From an uncultured Opitutaceae bacterium (GTDB lineage: Bacteria > Verrucomicrobiota > Verrucomicrobiia > Opitutales > Opitutaceae), in the NCBI GenBank assembly GCA_964547325.1, contig CAZJNA010000002.1:6652-70651 (forward strand): DNA of 64,000 nucleotides, in the 5' to 3' direction. The translations under genes and the position numbers were made by a program. This document shows positions 58,231 through 64,000 of this stretch, piece after piece; position 1 is the first letter of the stretch; the number at the start of each line of letters is the position of its first letter. Under the pieces are notes generated by a model. The model had not been told where the DNA came from, did not search any database, and worked only from the letters and a program-made list of their open reading frames with translations.

Positions 58231-58893
58231 TTACGCACGGTGCGCAACGATCATCTGCCTGATCGATTCGATCACGACATCCGGCGCGGCGGCCGCAATG
58301 CCATGCCCGACGCCCTCGACGACCCTCATCGTTCCGTTGCTCGTGAGTCTGCAGTACTCCAGCAGGAGCTCGTTGCGCTCGCGAACGATAGCCGTCCTTA
58401 CATTGAGGGGCAGCTCATCCGGCATTTCCAGCGCGCCCGCGGCCAGAACCCTGAGAGGCACGTCGCCAAGCTCCGTAACCTCGGACACCTGGCGGCATCC
58501 CTCATCCCAATCAGCGCCGAAACCGCTTAGAAAGGAGCGAAATTGCTCCATTGCCATCGACGAGCCAACACGCTCGCTCGAAAGCGTGGCCAGCGCCTTT
58601 TCACCCTGCCTTGGGTGGGACGGGTCGATCAGAATCATGCCCGCGACGACTTGGCGCCGGTGAAACGCAAACAGGAGGTGCGTGAAAGCGGCATAGGATG
58701 CTCCGACCAGGATGAAAGGCGGGGCAAACTTCCGCGCGGCCAGCCAGGCGTGAAGTTCGGCCGCAGCGAGACGCGGCTCAACCCGCCACCCGCCGCTTCT
58801 TTCAAATACTGCCGTCGGCGCAAACTTTGAAACCTGCTCCGCAACGCTTCCGCACCCGTCGAGTATGACCGTTGGAATCGAGTTCGCGCTCAT
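58231..58893 (-). CDS. Alpha/beta-fold hydrolase
   Basis: Nucleophile elbow LVGASYAA and C-terminal VEGVGHG; 220 aa. Confidence 0.6.
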   Translation of the reverse strand: MSANSIPTVILDGCGSVAEQVSKFAPTAVFERSGGWRVEPRLAAAELHAWLAARKFAPPFILVGASYAAFTHLLFAFHRRQVVAGMILIDPSHPRQGEKALATLSSERVGSSMAMEQFRSFLSGFGADWDEGCRQVSEVTELGDVPLRVLAAGALEMPDELPLNVRTAIVRERNELLLEYCRLTSNGTMRVVEGVGHGIAAAAPDVVIESIRQMIVAHRA

Positions 58894-58936
58894 TTCGGAT
58901 TCTCTGCCGCCAAGCTACACCTATGTCGCCGGCCGT

Positions 58937-61192
58937 CTACGGCGGAGTGACCATTATTTCGCATTGCTTGTCGATGAAGGCGTAGGGCGGCTTTTTGCCG
59001 GGTTCGAAGCGGAAGAAGCGGAAATTGAGGGTATGCCGACCAAGCTGGGAAAAAGTCAGATCGTACCGTCCTTGCCAGCTTTCTGTTTGGTCTTCGCCGG
59101 GCACCAGACGATCGAGCGCCTTGTTTGCGGTGAGGTCCACCACGTCGATAAAATTCAGTTTTCCGATTGAGTCGAACGCCTCATATCCGATTTTGGCGGG
59201 CTGGCCGGCGACGCAGGACGGCGGCGCAAGCAGCTGGCCGAAGAAGGCTTGGTCCTGGACCCGGAAGGTCATGTCGCTCGTTGTCGAGCCCACCGAGTTG
59301 GTCGCGGTCAGCTTTGCGATGAACGTCCCGGCGTGGCGAAGGTGGCCGCGGATAACACCGCTCCAGGCATCCATGGAAAGGCCTTCGGGCAAGTCCGTGG
59401 CGGAGTAGCGCACGGGACTATATGCCGCCCTGGAGCGATAATTAAATTCGGCTCGCGTTGACCAGACGATGCTGGGTGTTGACAGGAAGAACGGTGCTGC
59501 GGGCGGTGCCGCCTCCGCGTGAGAGAGTCGCGCAGCGTTCAACAGTCGGGTGAGATTGACGGCACTGCCTCCGTCAGGACGCTGCAAGTCCGGACGCTCG
59601 TAAATCGAGATTGAGTACCCGATTGCCGACAGGTCGCCGACGTGGCGCATGTTTGCCCCGCACCATTGCGCCGTTACGGGCGACAAATTGCTCATCTGCC
59701 TATCGGTTGGAAACGAAGCGGGATCGGTTCCGGTCAGGATGCAGACAAAGTCGCTCCTTCGAAGTTGCTGCTGGATAAATTCCCGGGGCGATTCGAACAG
59801 TGACGTAGGGAGGGTCTGCTCGAACGGCATCCAACGGTGATGCCGTTCGTAGGCAAGGACGCCGAAGGCCGTGGCGTTCAAACCGTCGGAAACCAGGGTC
59901 GCGGCAACGCGTGGCGGGGCAAGACGGCACTCTTCAGCCCGGAAAAATAGGTAGTCGGACAGGGCGTTTACGTTCTGGGCGTCCCTTGCAAACTCATCCG
60001 AGTAGCGTTTTCCCGACAGTGCCGTTGCAAAAACTGCTTCTCCGGCAAGGAAGGCCATTCCGCTGATCAAGGCGACCGTGCGCGCACGGGCGCCTTGCGA
60101 TAGGCGGCGGCAGCCGAGAACGGCCAGCCAAACGGTTCCAGGGATGAGGATGCTGAGCGGGTGGGGCGCTTTGAGCGAATGCCACGACAGCACGGCCGCG
60201 GGAGCTGCAAGAAAGATCAGTGCAATGCTCCACGTGCCGGGGGACAAGAGCTGACGTCCGAAAGTCTCGTGGGCCCGGCTGCGGGATGCGACGTGGAAGA
60301 TGAGCAGTGCACTCGCCACGACAAGCCACAGGACCGCGGCCGGCAGGCCGATCTGCTCGAACAAAAGCTGTTTGAAGATCCACTTTGCTGAAGCGGCTGC
60401 GTCCAGGTGTGAGATGCGCAAGGCGCGTTCGGGCCCCGTTATATGACCGATCCAATAATAGTCGTGGAGCGCCTGCTGTTTGCGCCAGAAGACGGGTCCT
60501 GCCATCGCAAGCGCCACCATGCCCGAGAGCATCAGGCGCAGGCTGCGAGCCCAGCGGTCGTGCTGCGCGAGAAGCACAATGAACAGGAGCGGAAAAATCA
60601 GGGCGAAGTAGACCGCCGTCAATGATCGGGTCAAAAGTACGAGTCCCGCCGCGGTGCCGAAGGCAATACTCCAGCGAGTCGACTTGAAGCCCCTTCCAGC
60701 GATCGCAGTTGCGAGGCAGACTCCGTAGGCGCAAGCCGTCATCCAATCCAATCGGAAATCGAATGCCGAACCGGCTTCCCCCGACCAAGGGCAGCGGAGC
60801 GCAGCCAGCAAGGCGACGGATGCCCACGCCAACGAAAACGAGGCCGAAATCCTTCTGACCGCAAGGAACGTCGCGCCTTGGAGCGCCAGGAAGGCCAGCA
60901 TGTTGATGGCAAGAGCCGAACTCCGTGAAGGACCGGCGAATGAGAAGGCAAGAAGACCCCAAAAGCTGTGCAGGGAGCCCTGGGCCGTGAGGTTCGTCAG
61001 CGCGTGACCGACACCCGCGATAAACCCGTGCTCCCGTGCATACTCATATGCCCGATATGCCTCGCCAAGATATTGGAGCTGATCGAACCACCTGGGATAA
61101 ATCCATGCGTAATAGCGCGCCGTCGTTGCTTGAAAGAGAGCAAACTCTGCGGCGAACACCGAAATCAGGGCCAAGGCATGGACCCGTTTCAT
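58937..61192 (-). CDS. Large polytopic membrane protein (GT-C-like N-terminal two thirds) with C-terminal Ig-like (dystroglycan/cadherin-type) domain
   Basis: ATG 61192 (MKRVHALALISVFAAEF). About 12 helices. The C-terminus YSATDLPEGLSMDAWSGVIRGHLRHAGTFIAKLTATNSVGSTT matches the putative-Ig-domain pattern. Lower GC than its surroundings. Confidence 0.6.
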   Translation of the reverse strand: MKRVHALALISVFAAEFALFQATTARYYAWIYPRWFDQLQYLGEAYRAYEYAREHGFIAGVGHALTNLTAQGSLHSFWGLLAFSFAGPSRSSALAINMLAFLALQGATFLAVRRISASFSLAWASVALLAALRCPWSGEAGSAFDFRLDWMTACAYGVCLATAIAGRGFKSTRWSIAFGTAAGLVLLTRSLTAVYFALIFPLLFIVLLAQHDRWARSLRLMLSGMVALAMAGPVFWRKQQALHDYYWIGHITGPERALRISHLDAAASAKWIFKQLLFEQIGLPAAVLWLVVASALLIFHVASRSRAHETFGRQLLSPGTWSIALIFLAAPAAVLSWHSLKAPHPLSILIPGTVWLAVLGCRRLSQGARARTVALISGMAFLAGEAVFATALSGKRYSDEFARDAQNVNALSDYLFFRAEECRLAPPRVAATLVSDGLNATAFGVLAYERHHRWMPFEQTLPTSLFESPREFIQQQLRRSDFVCILTGTDPASFPTDRQMSNLSPVTAQWCGANMRHVGDLSAIGYSISIYERPDLQRPDGGSAVNLTRLLNAARLSHAEAAPPAAPFFLSTPSIVWSTRAEFNYRSRAAYSPVRYSATDLPEGLSMDAWSGVIRGHLRHAGTFIAKLTATNSVGSTTSDMTFRVQDQAFFGQLLAPPSCVAGQPAKIGYEAFDSIGKLNFIDVVDLTANKALDRLVPGEDQTESWQGRYDLTFSQLGRHTLNFRFFRFEPGKKPPYAFIDKQCEIMVTPP

Positions 61193-61209
61193 TGCGACAG
61201 GATGGTCGA

Positions 61210-62004
61210 TTATGGGCTGGCTGGCGTCCGCGCCACCCAGAAGCGGCAGTCGTCCGAGAAGGCGCGGACGGCCTCTGATTCGGCGGCGATCTCGCGCCGC
61301 ATGGCGTCGAAGGCGTGCTCCCAGCCCGTTGCGGCAAGGTCGTCCAGGATCTCCGCCCGGTCGGGCAGGTGCATGAAGGTGCTGCCCGTCTCGTCCGAGA
61401 AATACCGGTCGCCGTATTCGACCAGGCGCGGATCCTGTTCGCCGCGGTCCCAGCGCGCCTTCTCGAGGCGCCAGAGCGCGCGTTCGGTCGGGGAACTGTC
61501 GCGGTCGTGGGTCGTGAAGAGGAGCGGGGCTCCGGGCCGGCATGCGAGGCGGAGTTCGCGGAGGGCCGCGAGGCGATTCGCGCGTCCGGGAATCTGCATC
61601 AGGCCATTGAACATGAACAGCGCGCCGTCAAAGCTTCCGTGTATCTTGTCGCGCACTATAGGACATGCGCTGAGTTGGGTGGCATCCGCCTGAAAGAACC
61701 GGATCGCTCGCGCGCCCCGTTCCTCCGCAAGGCTGCGTGCCTGCTCCAGCAGTTCCTCGGCTATGTCAAAGGCCGTGATGTCGCGGTAGCCCAGGTCCCA
61801 CAGTCCCAGGGTGACTCTCCCGGCGCCACATCCCGCCTCGAGGAGCTTGGCGCCGGTGTCGGAAAAGTGGCGCCCGATCAAGATCCGCTCCGACTGCCAC
61901 AGCCCGAGGTGGTGCGCGGCCCGGGTGTAATGGACGACAGCATTCGGATCGTTGAAATCGGCGCGGACCGTCTCGATGGAGATTTTTCCGTGGCCCGTCT
62001 TCAT
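61210..62004 (-). CDS. Class I SAM-dependent methyltransferase
   Basis: Motif I LLEAGCGAGRVTLGL and post-I ITAFDIAEELL. ATG 62004 overlaps the dnaE stop (ATGA); the alternative is ATG 62016. Confidence 0.8.
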   Translation of the reverse strand: MKTGHGKISIETVRADFNDPNAVVHYTRAAHHLGLWQSERILIGRHFSDTGAKLLEAGCGAGRVTLGLWDLGYRDITAFDIAEELLEQARSLAEERGARAIRFFQADATQLSACPIVRDKIHGSFDGALFMFNGLMQIPGRANRLAALRELRLACRPGAPLLFTTHDRDSSPTERALWRLEKARWDRGEQDPRLVEYGDRYFSDETGSTFMHLPDRAEILDDLAATGWEHAFDAMRREIAAESEAVRAFSDDCRFWVARTPASP

Positions 62005-64000
62005 CTCCGTCCCCATCTCCGGTCGGGCTTGAGTTCGAGGCGCTTTGCCTCGACCTGGACGCCGGAGACGGCCGGATGGGCCCTCAGCTCCTGGAACGAC
62101 ACGGGAGTCACGCGCCAGCCGAGCGCCTGGCTGGCCTCTGCGACAGGCGCCGCCGAACCATCGAAAACGAACGCAAACTGGACGCGCGTGTCGCCGGACT
62201 GCTTGTTCACGGCTTCCCTCATCTGCCGGAGGAACTCCGGAACCCGGTCGTTTGCGGGGTCGATCAGCCAGGTCACCCGCTGCACGAGCCCGCTGATCGC
62301 GCCGTCGAGCGGGTAGCATTCCTTCACGTTGAGCCGCGCCCCGTCAGAACCGGCGATGACATTGCCGAGGACCACGACCGGGCCGTTCTCTGCGAGGTTC
62401 TGGCCATAGGCCGCGAAGGCGTCGGCGAACAGATTGAGGGCGACCGTTGACTTCCGGGTGGCCAGCGTGAAGGCGACCCAGGGTCGGTTGTCCTTCTTCG
62501 AGAGCTTCTTTGCGATCTCTCCGGGGATGCCGCACAGGCGGAACTCCGTGCGGTCGGGCTGGTGGATGAGCTCGGCCGCCGGAAACGTGTCCAGGGCGTC
62601 GGCCAGGCCGCCATAGGCGTCCAGGGGATGGCCGGAGACATAGAACCCGAGCAGCTCCTTCTCGAATTGGAGGAGGTTTCCGGCCGTCAGCCGCCTTTCT
62701 GCGGCGGCCGGCGCCATTTTCCCCGCTGCGCCGTTTGTCTTGGCGTGGTGGGCCGCCCCGAGGTCGAGAACCGCATGGTCGTCGCCGTGACCGTTCGCAT
62801 AGGCAGCGGCCGCCGGCTTGCGGCTGTGCCGCAGGATCTCGGCAAATTCCGCGGACAAGGTCGCCCGGTCGGGAGGTGCGGCGGCGGCCGCCGTACCCAT
62901 GTCGAAAAGCATGTCTTCGGCCGCCTCGGCGGGTTTTCCCGCTCCTGGAATCTCCCTCCTCAGGCCCGGATACTTGCGCTGCAGCTCCCCGAGGGCGGCG
63001 AGCGCGGAGTCCACCTGCGCGAAGAGCTCCTCGCGCGCCGCGCCGCTGAAATCGAAGGCGCCGGCCGCGATGAGATTTTCGAGGACGCGCTTGTTGATCG
63101 CCCGCGCGTCCGCGCGCAGGAGAAAATCCTGAAAATCCCGGAAGGGGCCGGCTGCCTCGCGCTCGGCCAGGATCTTCTGCGCCGCCTGCTCGCCCACGCC
63201 CTTGATGCCGGCCAGGCCGAATCGGATCGTCCCCTGGGACGAGCCTCCGTCCTTCTTCGCGACCGGCGTGAAGTTTTCCCCGGACTCGTTGACGTCGGGG
63301 CCGAGGACCCTGAGGCCCATGGCCTCGCACTCGGCGATGAAATGGGAGACCTTCTCGGAATTGCCGAGCTCGCTCGAGAGCATCGCGGCCATGAACTGGA
63401 CTGGGTGGTTCGCCTTGAGGTAGCCGGTCTGGTAGCTGAGGACGGCGTAGGCGGCGGAATGCGCCTTGTTGAAACCGTAGCCTGCGAATTTGTTGAGGAT
63501 GTCGAAGATCGAGTTGGCGGTCTTTTCGTCGATCCCGTTCACGCGCCGCGCGCCTTCGACGAAGTTCACCCGCTCGCGCGCCATCGCCTCGGCGTCCTTC
63601 TTTCCCATCGCCTTTCGGAGCATGTCCGCACCGCCCAGGGTGTAACCCGCCACGATCTTCGCCGCCTCCATCACCTGCTCCTGGTAGACCATCACGCCGT
63701 AGGTCTCGCGGCACACCTCCTCGAGGAGCGGGTGGGGGAAGGTGACCGTGCTCGGGTCCCTCTTTCCGCGGACGTAGTCGGGAATCCACTCCATCGGGCC
63801 CGGGCGGTAGAGCGCGATCAGGGCCACGATCTCGTCGATCGAGGCGAGGCTGATCTGGCGGCACAGGGCCTGCATGCCGCCCGACTCAAGCTGGAAGACG
63901 CCGGTCGTGCGGCCGGTGTTCAGGAGGGCGTAGGTCTTCGGGTCGTCGAAGCCCACCGCCTCGAGGTCGAACTTCGGGTCGGCGGTCAGCCGGATGTTGT
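62001..64000 (-). CDS. dnaE: DNA polymerase III alpha subunit, C-terminal part (gene continues past the right edge)
   Basis: GVFQLESGGM, LIALYRPGPM, MVYQEQVM, GYGFNKAHSAAYA and the OB-fold C-terminus. The frame stays open to the window end. Confidence 0.92.
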   Translation of the reverse strand, partial: NIRLTADPKFDLEAVGFDDPKTYALLNTGRTTGVFQLESGGMQALCRQISLASIDEIVALIALYRPGPMEWIPDYVRGKRDPSTVTFPHPLLEEVCRETYGVMVYQEQVMEAAKIVAGYTLGGADMLRKAMGKKDAEAMARERVNFVEGARRVNGIDEKTANSIFDILNKFAGYGFNKAHSAAYAVLSYQTGYLKANHPVQFMAAMLSSELGNSEKVSHFIAECEAMGLRVLGPDVNESGENFTPVAKKDGGSSQGTIRFGLAGIKGVGEQAAQKILAEREAAGPFRDFQDFLLRADARAINKRVLENLIAAGAFDFSGAAREELFAQVDSALAALGELQRKYPGLRREIPGAGKPAEAAEDMLFDMGTAAAAAPPDRATLSAEFAEILRHSRKPAAAAYANGHGDDHAVLDLGAAHHAKTNGAAGKMAPAAAERRLTAGNLLQFEKELLGFYVSGHPLDAYGGLADALDTFPAAELIHQPDRTEFRLCGIPGEIAKKLSKKDNRPWVAFTLATRKSTVALNLFADAFAAYGQNLAENGPVVVLGNVIAGSDGARLNVKECYPLDGAISGLVQRVTWLIDPANDRVPEFLRQMREAVNKQSGDTRVQFAFVFDGSAAPVAEASQALGWRVTPVSFQELRAHPAVSGVQVEAKRLELKPDRRWGRR

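Overview
This is a high-GC bacterial chromosomal segment. Lines I sampled inside housekeeping genes are about 70% G+C, and a few patches are near 52-58%. Gene content is diderm-type (LolCDE, LpxB, SurA-like PPIase). The phylum cannot be fixed without a database search; a Verrucomicrobiota-like organism would fit the style (weak Shine-Dalgarno sites, many TPR/GT-C membrane proteins, caa3 oxidase), but that is speculation. I can support about 55 protein genes, 2 tRNAs and several non-coding elements.

Core blocks:
- Response regulator-HDOD, mnmA, a GH13 debranching enzyme, gap-pgk-tpiA, cimA and cls.
- tRNA-Tyr and tRNA-Thr.
- A long minus-strand run: parA, two ABC-2 permeases, rnc, mfd, PPIase, radC, vapBC.
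- A caa3-type cytochrome oxidase supercluster (coxB-A-C-IV-ctaG, then DUF420-ctaB-ctaA and sco) split by a sugar ABC transporter.
- lipA, lysS, lolCE-lolD, a gnnA-like oxidoreductase with lpxB, a hybrid histidine kinase, hemA with a ccsA-like gene, and the 3' part of dnaE.

Most interesting observations:
1. A 24-codon isoleucine-rich leader ORF plus an intrinsic terminator sits directly in front of citramalate synthase. It is a candidate Ile attenuator.
2. A MamK-like actin gene has a small partner gene with an acidic tail, behind a strikingly AT-rich leader.
3. Two tandem diverged paralogs of an exported two-domain protein family of unknown function lie upstream of a mini-lipoprotein gene.
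4. A perfect 175-bp tandem duplication re-copies the 3' end of tRNA-Tyr three times.
5. A dispersed TTTCCGC heptamer repeat family lies next to three different ABC-permease genes.
6. A 155-bp element with 24-bp perfect terminal inverted repeats is inserted inside the sugar ABC operon.
7. A low-GC accessory patch carries a toxin-antitoxin pair, a hydrolase and a large GT-C-like membrane protein with an Ig-like tail.

Many long ORFs in the six-frame track are antisense artefacts of the high GC content and were rejected.
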